Shown here piece by piece: positions 24,411-38,800 of a stretch of 64,000 nt of DNA (positions are counted from its first letter, which is position 1; the number at the start of each line of letters is the position of its first letter). Origin of the DNA: Isurus oxyrinchus (Eukaryota); the NCBI GenBank assembly GCA_026770705.1, contig JANJGN010000049.1, positions 4,278,001 to 4,342,000 of the forward strand. Reading direction: 5' to 3'. Under the pieces are notes generated by a model, which ran no database searches, was not told where the DNA came from, and was given only the letters and a program-made list of their open reading frames with translations. The translations under genes were made by a program, and so were the position numbers.

Positions 24411-27400
24411 GTTGTTCTTCTTGTGTTTCCGCTAGCCTGCGTTCCGTGTTTCTCAGTGTGGGAGATGTCCACAGAAGATCATGTGGAGAATTTTATACAG
24501 TTAATTGGACTGCCTGTGTCTTTGCCTGTGCCTCGGTTGATGCCGTCTGGCTTTACTGACTGTGCTCAGGTTGCTGATTCTCGAGGCCGTTTAATAAAAC
24601 TGACTGCACACTGAGAATGTTTAGAGGGAGATTCAAAGTTACCACCTTGCTCTTTATCTGGAGTCCCTTTGGGAAAAAAACATGTGAGGTGGTGGGGGTG
24701 GGGGTGGGAGGGGGCGGTGGTATGGGGGGAGGGGGGATGTATTTCCGAAATGTCAGCTGTGTTTTAATGAGTCTGGGAGATACACGTTTCCCATTACTGA
24801 TATTGAGGGCATTTTTAATAGTTCAGATGTATAAAATTAACTAAGTTGAAATTCTAAAAAGCTTTGTTGAAATTTGACCTCATATAATATCTGTTTGTGT
24901 TACATAAGGCGGTTTCTCAGTTATTGATGCGCTATATTGTTTATGTTTATATTTCATAACACTTGTCCCTGTTTTTAATGTACTGGACCATGTTTAAGTT
25001 TATTTTAACCAGGCTCTGTTTCAGTTATTACTGCACTGGAGCAACTTACCATTTATATTATACCAGGCCCTATCTCTGGTTACATTACACTGGACCCTAA
25101 CTCAGGCGCAACCTGGCCGTGGCGCTACCACAGATTCACAGAATCACAGTGCAGAAGAGGCCCTTCGGCCCATCGAGTCTGCACCGGCACGTGAGAAACA
25201 CTTGACCTACCTACCTAATCCCATTTACCAGCACTTGGCCCATAGCCTTGAATGTTATGACGTGCCAAGTGCTCATCACTAGCCCAGCGGCCCAGACTCA
25301 TCTTCTGGGGACATGGATTCAAATCCCACCACAGCAGCTGGCGGAATTTAAATTCGATTGAGACAAGAGCCGTTCAGAAGTTGGGAATACTGCAAATGCC
25401 TGTCCACAAACTACAAGGTACATGTCAGGAATATTCCCCAATTCTCCGGGCAACAAGGGCAGCAGAAGCACAGGAACAACAATGGAAAGTCCCTGTTTCT
25501 TCACTATCCTTGGGTCCATATCATCCAACTCCCTTCCTAGAAGCACTGTGGGTGTCCCTACAGCACGTGGACTGCAGCAGTACAAGAGGTTTGCTCACTA
25601 ACACCTTCTCAAGGGCAATTGTGTTTGGCTATTGAATGTTGGTTCAGCTGGAAACGCACAAATCACATGAATGAATACAAAAAATGGAAATGGAAACGGA
25701 TCGTTACAATTTTCATTGCTATAAACGCATCTGATTCACTAATGAACATTCGGTGAAGTAAATATGCATCCTTCCCCAGTCTGGCCTAAATGTGACTCCA
25801 GGTCCACAGCACGTGGTTCACTCTTAACTATCCTCCGACTCTGAAAATGTCTAGCCAGATATTCAGTTCCAGGACAGCGGAGCATGGGGGGAAATGCTGG
25901 CCGTGTCAGAGACACTCACATCTCCTGGATGAATAGAGAGAAATAAATACTTCAGCCTAGTGAATGATTAAAAACAACATTTGTTAAAGTACTCCCTACT
26001 GTGTTTCCATGGGTATTGTACATAATTATTCCGGGAACTATGTTTTATAAAGCATTTGAAGGTCGCAGAGAGGATGAAGAGGAGATTGATCCGAATGTTA
26101 CTAGACCTTGGAGATCTTGAATCATTTTCCTTAGAATAGACGGTGTTAAGAGGGGCTTTGATCGAGGTATTTAAGACCATGAAAGGTGTTGATAAGTAAT
26201 GACTGGATCATGTCTTCCTTTAAATTACACAGAACTCTGTCTCAGATCGCAGTGCAAAAGACCTAGTCTCAATTGGTGTTTTACACTAGGCCCTGTTGGA
26301 GTAAGTGCACTGATGCATACATCTCTTCACATTAGACAAGACCGTCTCCCTGTTTGTATCATACAAGCCACCGAAAAGGTTATTTAGCATTAAACGGTCT
26401 ATATTATGCTAGATGTTGTGTATCTCAGTCTCTCTATCTGTCAACCCATCTAGCTGCATACCTGTCTGTTTGGCTGTCAGTCTATCTATCTATATTTTGA
26501 ACCATCCATCCAGCAATTTCAGATCATCTATTATCGTTAACATTTCTTGATGCTGACGTCTTTTTCGAGTTCTTGTGTGGAAAATGCCTATTTAGATTCC
26601 AAAGTGAGTTTAGCTGCGCTCAGAATTCAGTTCGAAAGTGGATTAAATCACATGGAGAATAAAGGACATCTACCCACCATTCTCTCTGTTTGTTGACAAG
26701 TGATCACTTGTGCGTCACTGGGGTGTGTGATGATCTGTGCAAGAGGCGGTGAAAATGCAACTGTACCTATACCTGACGTGAGCATAATAAATCTGTAATT
26801 CTCTCACTTGGAATGGAATGTAACACTTTCCACTCAATGAAATTCAATAAAAAAAAATTGTTTCTGTTTCCATTGTTTTGTGCTGCACGTTAACATCACT
26901 ATTTCCTCACCAGTTTCCAATACGTTTGCCATGATATAATTTAATGTTTACTGGCGTGGGTAAAGTGTTAGCTTAACAGAAACATGGTATAGGGCAGTAA
27001 TAACTGAGAAAGGGCCCACTGTAAAATATAAAGAGATATATTTTCCAGTGCAATTTTAACAGAAACAATTATGTAAAACATTATAAATGGAGACAGGTTC
27101 CAGTGCAGTAACAACAGAGACAGGCTGCAGGGTAATATTAACACATACAAGTTCTAGTATAGTAATAACTGAGACGTGGTCGAGTGCGACATATAGAGAC
27201 ACGGTGTATGGTTCACTAATAACTGAAACAGAGCGTTATATAATATAAATAGCGAAATGCTCTAATGTAGTAATAACTGATTTGGGGGCCGGCCAGAAAC
27301 AGAGGCTTGATTAGCACAGAGTTAATTGTGTCAGAGCCTAGTGTAATAAAAATACAAATACCAGATTATGCATCCATAAATTTCACAGGTTTCGGCAAAA

Positions 27401-28019
27401 CTAAAACTGTGACTTGAACTCAAAGAGTAATAATTGAGGCAGGATCTCGTGTAATATAAAGGGAACCAGTTGCTAGCGAAATATTTCTCTTCATCGCCCT
27501 TTTACAAATCTGCCAATATATACATTTGTTCTGAAGCTATGATCACTGGATATTGACACAATGAACAGAAGGAACTGGTGTTCTCTGCTAATTCTCTTTC
27601 AAACCTCTCATCATCTTGGAAAAAGCGTTTAGGTTTCTGCTTAATCTTCTTTATCACAAGCAGAATGCTGCCAATTTGTCCAATTTATTGTTGTTACTAA
27701 AGACCCTGATCCTTGTTAACAAACTGGTTACCTTCCTCTGTACACTTTCTGAGACCTCAACACACTTCATAGCATCTGAAAATCATAGATTTGTGCAGCA
27801 CAGAAATAGGCCATTGCGCACACCCTAACCATAATGGCCTCAAATGATCTATCAAGTCTAATCCCACTTCCTAGCTTTTGTGCCAGGGCCCTTGGGGCTA
27901 CAGTACTTCAAGTCAACATCCAAATATATTTTGACATTTAGTGAGGGATTTGATCTAGAACACCATTTCATGCACTGAGTCCGAAACACTATTAGACACT
28001 CCTAAGGATAGACACGGGA

Positions 28020-28350
28020 CAGTTCAGACGCAGAGTAAAGCTACCTCTACATTGGTAAATTCCGGGGTGAGGCAGAGTAAAGGTCTCTCTAAACTATCCC
28101 ACCAAACACTCCCAGGACATGTATAGCGCTGGATAGACAAAGGTCCCTCTATATGATTCGATCGAATGCTCCCAAGAATGGTACAGCAGTATCAGATGCA
28201 GAAAAAAGATCCCTCTACAATGTCCCATATACCATTCACAGGAAGACATAGGAATGTTAATTTGCAGAGCAGTGCTCCCTTTAGACTGTCCCATTAAATA
28301 CTCCCATGCTGTTGAGTGAACCAGACACATTTTAGAGTTAAGTTCCTTCT
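28020..28350. repeat. Degenerate ~65-bp tandem repeat
   Basis: agag..aaag.tccctcta motif at ~28032, 28074, 28135, 28200, 28266, 28333. Confidence 0.6.
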
Positions 28351-30735
28351 GCGAACAGCCATCTATTTCGTTAAAAGTCAATGAATAGGGGTGAGATTAA
28401 TCATTGATAAGATACTGACTTCACAATATGAATTACAGACGCTGACAGATTAATGAGAGGCCAGACACGCCCGGGATAGGGGAGAAAGGGAGACAGAGCG
28501 GGATTGAATGCAGGAAACTCCGCAAACACATTTTCATTGCTGCTGTATACCGGATCAAAGGACGCTTCGCCAGTTTTGAACACAAAAAACATCTTTATAT
28601 TGTTATCCCATAACTTAGAGAAATCTTCCAAATATCAATCAGTACTGGAATCTTTTGTGTGATTTGCATTTCTCTCTGTTGTTAATTCTATGCTCTGTTG
28701 GTGGGGAAACATCTATTGTATTTCCGACGCTCAATATTCTATTCTGAGGCGTCTATTTCTGTGTTTATTTACATAACCGCCTCACTAGTTTCAAAGTGGT
28801 GTTCATGGCAGCAGAATCAGATCAACAGTCACTTATTGATTATGTTCAGCGCAAAACAAGTTTATTTTAAGAATATTCACAGATGGTATAAGAATTGAAC
28901 ACAATTTTCAGAAAACCAATTGGTACAGATGTTATTTATTTTAAACAAAAGAAACCATTAAATTAAGAAAAAATGTTTCTGGAAATTCTGCTGCTTAAAT
29001 CAATTAAGCATTTCTGAGCAGCCTGTTATTCCGCTGAATATCGATTGGTGAAAGGATGAACCCCTTTCACATAAACATGTTTAAATAATGAACAGAGAAA
29101 TAACCGTTAATCACATTCTTCTCAGACTTTCTAACACATCACCACGTATGTTTTGACATGTTCACTTTTAGTAAAAACTCGGTGTTTATACAGCACATTG
29201 CACCATCTCAGGAGGTCCCAAATCACATATCTCATTAACCTCATTGATGTACTTTACTTCGAATTATAATCTCTTGTGTTGCGTTAGAACTACAGGAGGC
29301 AATTTGCGAACAGGAATCTCCCACCAACAGAGATGTAATAAAAGCCCAGATCACCTGTTTATTAGTGATGTTAGTTGCGCATTAAATATTGGTCTAGGAT
29401 ACCCCTGCGCTGTAAAATGGTGTCAGCGGAGAATGATGCTGAGTGTTTCCAGATTTTGTGGCCTTATTTTACATTGAGAGCATCCGTAATAGTTTACAAA
29501 GCCTTGACCGTTGTTTTTATTTGTTATTTTGTTGTGAACGTCGAAAACAAGGCCAGCCTTAACTGTGCATCCATAAGTACCCTTGGGAAGGTGGCGGGGA
29601 GCCGGTATCTTGAACAGCTGCAGTTTGTGCCATGCGCCTCTTATTTGACTTTCCAAGAAGTGCTTTGACCCAACTAAATGGCCTTCTGGACCATTCCAAG
29701 GGTCGTTAAGAGTCAACGAAGTTGTTGTGGGGCTGGAGTCTCGCCTAGGCCAGGCTGGTAAGGATAGGATTACCTCCCCGAATGATATTAGTGAACCAAT
29801 TGCAACTTCATGACAATTAGGTTGTTCGATTATTAATGCAAAGAGTAATTTTATTCCTGTTTCAGTTTTAATGGATTAAATGAATGGAAATCCCGCCAGC
29901 TGCTGTCGTGACGTTTAAATCATGTCTCTGGAGCATTTCTGATCTTCTTTGTATTACCAGCCCAGTTAACTTACCTCGATGCTGCTATTCCCTAAGACTG
30001 AGATGACATTATCATCGCCACATTTGAATGTGGCAGTAACTCCACTGACCATGCTTCAAACCTGCAGTTGTGAACAAATTCATATGGAATCGAAACCTTA
30101 ACTCTGTTTCTCTCTCCTCAAACCCTGCCAGTCCTGATGAGTCTTTACAGCACTTTCTGTTTTCAGTTCAGTAGTGGTTAATGTCCATGGAGGAGATCCA
30201 CTAATGCAAGGCACTGGGCATGTTGCAATTGCTATTTTGAAATTATAGCATTTGGTTCTATGTATATAAAGTTCAGGAGCAGACTCCAGTCTTACACACA
30301 TCAATTTAGTTGTAAGGGATCCCTTGCCTTATAGCCCGGTGTCTTAGCCTGAGCCTGTTGTAACAGTGCACTTTATTTCCACTGGGCCCATATAACAGTG
30401 TCAACGATTGTTAAATGCTAATTTCGAAGTAACAAGACAGAAGATTTCCTGGAACTTAAGTTTGCACTGCCCCTCACTCTCTGCACAACAAGAAACTGGG
30501 ATTACTCTCCTCATCAATGAGAATCTTAGGATAGGTTTATCAGAAATGGTCCAACGTGTGAGGGATGTCTTTGAATATTTAGGGAGAAGCTGTTCCATTG
30601 GCAAATGGATCAGTGATGCTGGGGCTTATGTTAATTCGGTATTTATACACATTATATTGTGCAGTAAGATGTTTCTAATGATGTAACACTAAATCCTATC
30701 TATCTGTATATCACACTAGGTTATGTATTAATTAT

Positions 30736-30942
30736 CGGCGGGGAAGAAAAGAGTTGACGTTTCGAGTCTTCATGACCCTTCGACAGAAGTTCTGTCGAAG
30801 GGTCATGAAGACTCGAAACGTCAACTCTTTTCTTCTCCGCCGATGCTGCCAGACCTGCTGAGTTTTTCCAGGTAATTCTGTTTTTGTTTTGTTTTGTTTT
30901 TGTTTTGGATTTCCAGCATCCGCAGTTCTCTTTGTTTTTATC
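30736..30942. mobile_element. Foldback Penelope-terminal mini-element; ~55-bp arms, 1-nt centre; 14-bp TSD
   Basis: Arms 30734-30788 and 30790-30844. TSD TATGTATTAATTAT at 30722-30735 and 30943-30956. Hammerhead-like motif at 30788-30826 (+). Confidence 0.93.
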
Positions 30943-33900
30943 TATGTATTAATTATAACTGCATTACTGTCTGTCCCTCTCAATATGCCGTAAAGCCATG
31001 CATCAGTTGTTTCCACACCATATTTATCCCTGGTTGACTTACACTCGGTGCTGTGTCAGAGATTATCGCTTTATGCCCCGCTTCAGTTTTATTAAATTGG
31101 GCCCAGTATCAGTAAACCTGTTCTGTAGCAGTTGATATTAATCTAGGCCGTTTACCAGTAATCACTGCACTAGACCTGCTATACAGACTTTTTATCAGTA
31201 ATCACTGTAAATAAACCCTGCCTAAGTGGATATTATCCATACCTTGTATCAGTAACCACTGAAAGAGACCCTGTCTCAGTTTATATTAATACAAACCCTG
31301 TATTAGTAATCACTGTAAGAGACCCTGTCTCAGTTGATAGTAATCAATATCTTGTATCAGTAATCCTTGTAAAAACCCTGACACAGATTATATCAATATG
31401 GACCTTTTGTTGGTAATTACTGTAATAGACCCAGTCTCAGTTTATATTAATCCATGCCTTGTATCAATAATCACTGCAAAATAACTTTTCTCAGTTTATA
31501 TAAATACAGATATTATATTGGTAATTTCTGTAATAGAGGCTGTCTCAGTTTATAATAACCCATAACCTGTTTCAGTATTCACTGTAATACACACTGTCTC
31601 AGTTTATAATAACCCATAACCTGTATCAGTATTCACTGTAATACACACTGTCTCAGTTTATAATAACCCATAACCTGTTTCAGTATTCACTGTAATACAC
31701 ACTGTCTCAGTTTATAATAACCCATAACCTGTTTCAGTATTCACTGTAATACACACTGTCTCAGTTTATAATAACCCATAACCTGCATCAGTATTCACTG
31801 TAATACACACTGTCTCCGTTTATAATAACCCATAACCTGTATCAGTATTCACTGTAATACACACTGTCTCAGTTTATAATAACCATAACCTGTTTCAGTA
31901 TTCACTGTAATACACACTGTCTCCGTTTATAATAACCCATAACCTGTTTCAGTATTCACTGTAATACACACTGTCTCCGTTTATATTAATCCATGTCTTG
32001 TATCAGTAAGCACTGAAAGAGACCCTGTATTAATAATCACCATAAGAGACCCTGCCTCAGTTGATAGTAAACAATACCTTGTAACAGTAATCCCTGTAAA
32101 AAAAACCCTGACACACTTTATATCAATATAGACCTTGTCTTGTTAATCACTGGAATAGACCCTGTCTCAGTTAATATCAGCCCAGACCATATATGGATTA
32201 TCACTGTAATAGACCCTGTCTCAGTTTATGTTAATCAGTACCATGTATCAGCAATCACTGTAATAGACCCAGTCTCAGTTTATATTAATCCATGCCTTGA
32301 ATCAATAATCACTGTAAAATACCCTTTCTCATTTTATATATTCACCGATATTGTATTGGTGAATGTGGTAATAGAGTCTGTCTCAGTTTATATTAACCCA
32401 TAACCTGTATCATTATTCACAGTAATACACACTGTCTCCGTTTTTATTAATCCATGCCTTGTATCAGTATTCACTTGAATAGACACTGTCGCTGTTTATA
32501 TTAATGCAGATATTGTACGGGTAATCACTTCAATAGGCCTTGTCTCAGTTTATATTAACCTGGACCCTGTATCAGTAATCATTGCAATCGACTCTGTATA
32601 ACTTTAAATTAATTGAGACCATTTATTAGTAATCACTGTAATCGAACCTGTCTGTTTATATTAATCTCGGCCTTGTATCATTAATTAATGTAATTGACCC
32701 ATTCTCAGTTTATATTAATGCATGCCTTATGTCGGTAATTATCTTAATCCATACCATGTATCAGTAATCGCTGTACTAGGCCCCTGCCTCAGTTTATATC
32801 AATTCAGGACCTGTATCAGTAATTATTGTACTAGACCCAGTCTCAGTTTATATTAGTCCAAAACCTGTATCAGTGATCATTGTACTGTACTGCGTTTCAG
32901 ATTATATCAATACAGACTCTGTGGCAGTAGTCACTGTAATACATGCTGTCTCAGTTTACACCAGTCCAGACCTTGTATCATTAACACTGTAACAGAACCT
33001 GTCTCAGTTTATATTAATCTAGACCCTTTATCAGTAATCACTGTAATGGACCCTGCATCAGTTGATATTAATCCATATGTTGCATCAGTAACCACTGAAA
33101 GAGACATTGCCTCACTTGATATTAATCCACACATTGTATCAGCAATCACTGGAAGAGATTCTGCCTCACCTTATATTAACACAGACCTTGTATCAGTGTT
33201 CAATGTAATGGACCCTGTCTCAGTGTATATTAACCTAGGCCCTGCATCAGAAATTACTGTACTACACCCAGTATCAGATTATATCAATTCAGACTGTGTA
33301 TCAGTAGTCGCAGTAATACACCCTGTCTCAATTTACACCAGCCCAGACCTGGTATCAGTAAACACTGTAATAGACTGTCTCATATTATATTAATGCACGA
33401 TTTGTATTAGTAATCAATGTAATGGATCCTGCCTCAGTTGATGTTAATCCATGCCTTGTATCAGTAACCACTAAAAGAGACCCTATCTCCATTCATATTA
33501 ATACAGACATTTTATCATTAGTCACTGTGTAAGACCATCTTTAGGTCTATTTCAATCCATGCATTGTAACAGTATTCACTGTAACACCCTGTCTCTGTTG
33601 ATATTAATAAATGCATTGCATCAGTGACCACTGAAGTTGACCGTGGCTCAGTTTATATCAATACAGGCCTTATCTTGGTAATGACTGTAATCGACCCTAT
33701 CTCAGTTTATATCAATCCAGGTCTTGTTTTGGTCATCACTATAATAGACTCTGTCTCAGTTTCTTTTAATCCATACCATGGATCAATAACAAATCTAACA
33801 GACCTTGTCTCACTTTATTTTAATCCATACTTTGTATCAGTAATCACAGTAATGGACCATGTTTCATTTTATATTAATACAGGCCTTGTATCATTAATCA

Positions 33901-33963
33901 CTGTAAAAGACCTATTTCAGTTTATATCAATCCAAATATTTTAACAATAACCACTGTAACAGA

Positions 33964-35819
33964 GATAAAAACAAAAAAAACTGCGGATGCTGGAAATCCA
34001 AAACAAAAACAGAATTACCTGGAAAAACTCAGCAGGTCTGGCAGCATCGGCGGAGAAGAAAAGAGTAGACGTTTCGAGTCCTCATGACCCTTCAACAGAA
34101 CTTGATTTCAAGTCCAAGAAAGAGTTGAAATATAAGCTGGTTTAAGGTGTGTGTGTGGGGGGCGGAGAGATAGAGAGAGAGAGAGGTGGTTGTGTGGACA
34201 AACAAGCAGTGATAGAAGCAGATCATCAAAAGATGTCAGCGACAATGGTACAATAGAACATATAGGTGTTAAAGTTAAAGTTGGTGATATTATCTAAACA
34301 AATGTGCTAATTAAGAATGGATGGTAGGGCACTCAAGGTACAGCTCTAGTGGGGGTGGAGGGAGCATAAAAGATTTTAAAATATTTAAAAATAATGGAAA
34401 TAGGTGGGAAAAGAAAAATCTATATAATTTATTGGGGAAAAAAAAGGGGGAAACAGAAAGGGGGTGGGGATGGGGGAGGGAGCTCACGACCTAAAGTTGT
34501 TGAATTCAATATTCAGACCGGAAGGCTGTAAGGTGCCTAGTCGGAAGATGAGGTGTTGTTCCTCCAGTTTGCGTTGGGCTTCACTGGAACAATGCAGCAA
34601 GCCAAGGACAGACATGTGGGCAAGAGAGCAGGGTGGAGTGTTAAAATGGCAAGCGACAGGGAGGTTTGGGTCATTCTTGCGGACAGACCGCAGGTGTTCT
34701 GCAAAGTGGTCACCCCGTTTACGTTTGGTCTCTCCAATGTAGAGGAGACCACATTGGGAGCAACGAATGCAGTAGACTAAGTTGGGGGAAATGCAAGTGA
34801 AATGCTGCTTCACTTGAAAGGAGTGTTTGGGCCCTTGGACGGTGAGGAGGGAGGAAGTGAAGGGGCAGGTGTTACATCTTTTGCATGGGCATGGGGTGGT
34901 GCCGTAGGGTTGAGGAGTAGGGGGTGATGGAGGAGTGGACCAGGGTGTCCCGGAGGGAGCGATCCCTACGGAATGCCGATAAGGGGGGTGAAGGGAAGAT
35001 GTGTTTGGTGGTGGCATCATGCTGGAGTTGGCAGAAATGGCGGTCGATGATCCTTTGAATGCGGAGGCTGGTGGGGTGATAAGTGAGGACAAGGGGGACC
35101 CTATCATGTTTCTGGGAGGGAGAAGAAGGCGTGAGGGCGGATGCGCAGGAGATGGGCCGGACACGGTTGAGGGCCCTGTCAACGACCGTCGGTGGAAAAC
35201 CTCGGTTAAGAAAGAAGGAGGACGTGTCAGAGGAATCGTTTTTGAAGGTAGCATCACTGGAACAGATGCGACGAAGGCGAAGGAACTGGGAGAATGGGAT
35301 GGAGTCCTTACAGGAAGCGGGGTGTGAGGAGCTGTAGTCGAGGTAGCTGTGGGAGTCGGTGGGTTTGTAATGGATATTGGTGGACAGTCTATCACCAGAG
35401 ATTGAGACAGAGAGGTCAAGGAAGGGAAGGGAAGTGTCAGAGATGGACCACGTGAAAATGATGGAGGGGTGGAGATTGGAAGCAAAATTAATAAATTTTT
35501 CCAAGTCCCGACGAGAGCATGAAGCGGCACCGAAGTAATCATCGATGTACCGGAGAAAAAGTTGTGGAAGGGGGCCGGAGTAGGACTGCAACAAGGAATG
35601 TTCCACATACCCCATAAAGAGACAGGCATAGCTGGGGCCCATGCGGGTACCCATAGCCACACCTTTTATTTGGAGGAAGTGAGAGGAGTTGAAGGAGAAA
35701 TTGTTCAACGTGAGAACAAGTTCAGCCGGACGGAGGAGAGTAGTGGTGGATGGGGATTGTTCGGGCCTCTGTTCGAGGAAGAAGCTAAGGGCACTCAGAC
35801 CATCCTGGTGGCGGATGTT
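33964..35819 (-). mobile_element. Penelope-like element, 5'-truncated: RT C-half + GIY-YIG endonuclease + 3' terminal repeat
   Basis: GVAMGTRMGPSYACLFM and LRYIDDYF (RT); PCKRCNTC..NLVYCIRCSQCGLLYIGETKR..FAEH (GIY-YIG); one frameshift near 34910; TSD ACCACTGTAACAGA at 33950-33963 and 35820-35833. Confidence 0.95.
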
Positions 35820-38800
35820 ACCACTGTAACAGACCCTGTCTCAGTTGATATTAATCAATACCTTGTATCAGTAATCACTGAAGTCGATGCTGACAAAGTC
35901 TATATTAGCACAGACCTAGTCTCGATAATGACGGGAATAGACCCTATCTCAGTTTATGTCAATCCAGGTCTTGTATTGGTAATCACTGTAATAGACTCTG
36001 TCTCAGTTTCTTTTAATCCATACCATGTATCAACAATAATACTAACAGACCTTGTCTCACTTTATTTTAATCCTTACCTTGTATCAGTAATCACTGTAAT
36101 GGACTATGTCTCATTTCATATTAATACAAGCCTTGTATCATTAATGACTGTAAAAGACCCTATTTCAGTTTATATCAATCCAAATATTTTTGACAATAAC
36201 CACTGTAACAGACCCTGTCTCAGTTGATATTAATCAATACCTTGTATCAGTAATCACTGAAGTCGATGCTGACTAAGTCTATATTAGCACAGACCTAGTC
36301 TCAATAATGACGGGAATAGATCCTGTCTCAATTTATATCAATCCAGACCTTGTATTATTAATCACTGAAAGAGACACGGTCTCTATTTACCTGAATCTAG
36401 ACCATGTATCAGTAAGAACTGTAACAGATACTGTCCCAGTTTATTTTAATCCATATCTTGTATCAGTAACCACTGTAATAGACCGTGTCTCAGTTTACAT
36501 TAATACTGAACTTGTCTCATTAAAGCACTGCAAAAGACCCTGTCTCAGTTTAAATCAATCCACGCATTGCAACATTAATCATTGCAACAGACCCTGTCTC
36601 AGTTGAAATTAATCAATACCTTGTGTCAGTAATCACTGAAGTAGGCCCTGCCTGACTCAGTTCAGATCAATCAAAGCCTTCTATTGGCAACCACTGTAAT
36701 AGTGCCTGCCTCTGTTTTAATTAATCCAGACTCTGTATCGGTAAGCATTGTAAGAGACCCTGTATCAGTTTATTTTAATCCATACCATATAACAGTAATC
36801 ACTGTAGTAGGCCTTGTCTCAGTTTATATTAATACAGACCCTGTATCAGGAATCACTCTAATTGCCTCTATCTCAGTTGATATGAATCCATATCTTGTAT
36901 CAGTGTAAACACTGTAATAGACCATGTCTCAGATTATATTAATACAGACATTGTATTGGTAATTACTGTAATAGAACCTGTTCCAGTTTATGTTAATCCA
37001 AAACTTGTATCAGTAATCAATGCAATAGACTATTTCTCAGTTTATAGTAACGCAGGCCTTGTATCAGTAATCAGTGTAATAGACCCTGTCTCAGTTTATA
37101 TCAATACGGACATTGCATTGGTAATTACTGTAATAGAACCTGTCTCAATTTATATTAATCGATAATTTGTATCAATACTCACTGAAATAGACGCTGTCCT
37201 GAGTCCATATTAATGTAGATCCTATATCAATAATCTTTCTGATTGACACTGTCTCCATTTATATTAATCTAGACCCTGTATCAGTAATCACTGTAATAGA
37301 CCCTGTCTCAGTTTATATTAATCTAGACCATTTATCATTAATAAATATAACAGACCCTGTCTCAGTTAATTTTAATCGATACCATGTATTAGTAATCACT
37401 CGAATATACTCTGCCCAAGTTTATTTTAACCCAGACATTGCATCAGTGATCACTGTAATAGACCTTGTCTCAGTTGATATGAATCCATTCCTTGTATCAG
37501 TAATCACTGTAACATACCATGACTCAGTTTATATTAATCTGTACGTTGCACCAGTAATCACTGTAATAATCCCTGCTTCAGTTTATATTGATCTAGACCC
37601 TATATCAGTAATTACTGTAATGGGCCCTGACTCAGTTGATATTAATCCATACCTTGTATCATTAATCACAGTAATAGACTCTGTCTCAGTTTATACTAAT
37701 ACAGACCTTGTTTCAGTAACCACTGTTAGAGACCCTGTCTTAGTTTATGTTAATCCATACATTGCATTGCTAATCATTGTAATAGTCCTTCCCTCAGTTT
37801 ATATTCATCTGGACCCTGTATCAGTAATCACTGTATTGGACCCTGACTCAGTTGTGATTAATCCATACCTTGCATTGGTAATAACTGTAATAGACCCTGT
37901 CTCGTTTTATATTAATCCAGGCCTTGTACCAGTAATCACTGTAATAGACCCTGTCTCAGTTAATATTAATAAGGACATTGTATTGGTAATTACTGTAATA
38001 TACTCTGTCTCAGTTCTTTTTAATCCATACAATGCATCAATAATCGCTGTAATAAACCCTGTTCAATTTTTTTATTAATCCATACCTTTCATCAGTAATC
38101 ACTGGAAGAGACCCTGAATCAGTTTATATTCATCTAGACCAATTATCATTAATAAATGTAACAGACCCTGTCTCAGTTAATTTTAATCGATACCATGTAT
38201 CAGTAATCACTCGAACATACCCTGTCCAAGTTTATATTAACCCAGCCATTGCATCAGTGATCACTGTAATAGACCTTGTCTCAGTTGATATGAATCCATT
38301 CCTTGTATCAGTAATCACTGTAACATACCATGACTCAATTTATATTAATCTATAACTTGCACCGGTAATCACTGTAATAATCCCTTCCTCAGTTTATATT
38401 AATACAGACTCTGTTTCAGTAACCACTGTTAGAAACCCTGTCTCAGTTTATATTAATCCATACATTGCATTGCTAATTGCTGTAATAGTCCCTGCCTCAA
38501 TTTATATTCATCTAGACCCTGTATCAGCAATCACTGTAATGGATCCTGACTCAGTTGTGATTAATCCATACCTTGCATCAATAATCACTGTAATAGACCC
38601 TGTCTCATTTCATATTAATCCAGACCTTGTATCAGTAATCAGTGTAATAGACCCTGTCTCAGTTAATATTAATAAGGACATTGTACTGATAAAAACTGTA
38701 ATATACTCTGTCTCAGTTTATTTTAATCCATACAATGCATCAATAATCACTGTAATAAACCCTGTCTGATTTTTTTATTAATCCATACCTTTCATCAGTA

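Noticed and set aside
28401-28631. 76-aa minus-strand ORF as an exon
   Set aside because: No canonical splice sites and no recognisable homology.
31541-31988. Regular repeats as a CRISPR-like array
   Set aside because: Eukaryotic head-to-tail satellite with no unique spacers.
34484-35662. 392-aa ORF as a standalone Pro/Ser-rich protein
   Set aside because: Only the C-terminal ~140 aa is real (GIY-YIG); the rest is an alternative frame of the Penelope RT upstream of a frameshift.
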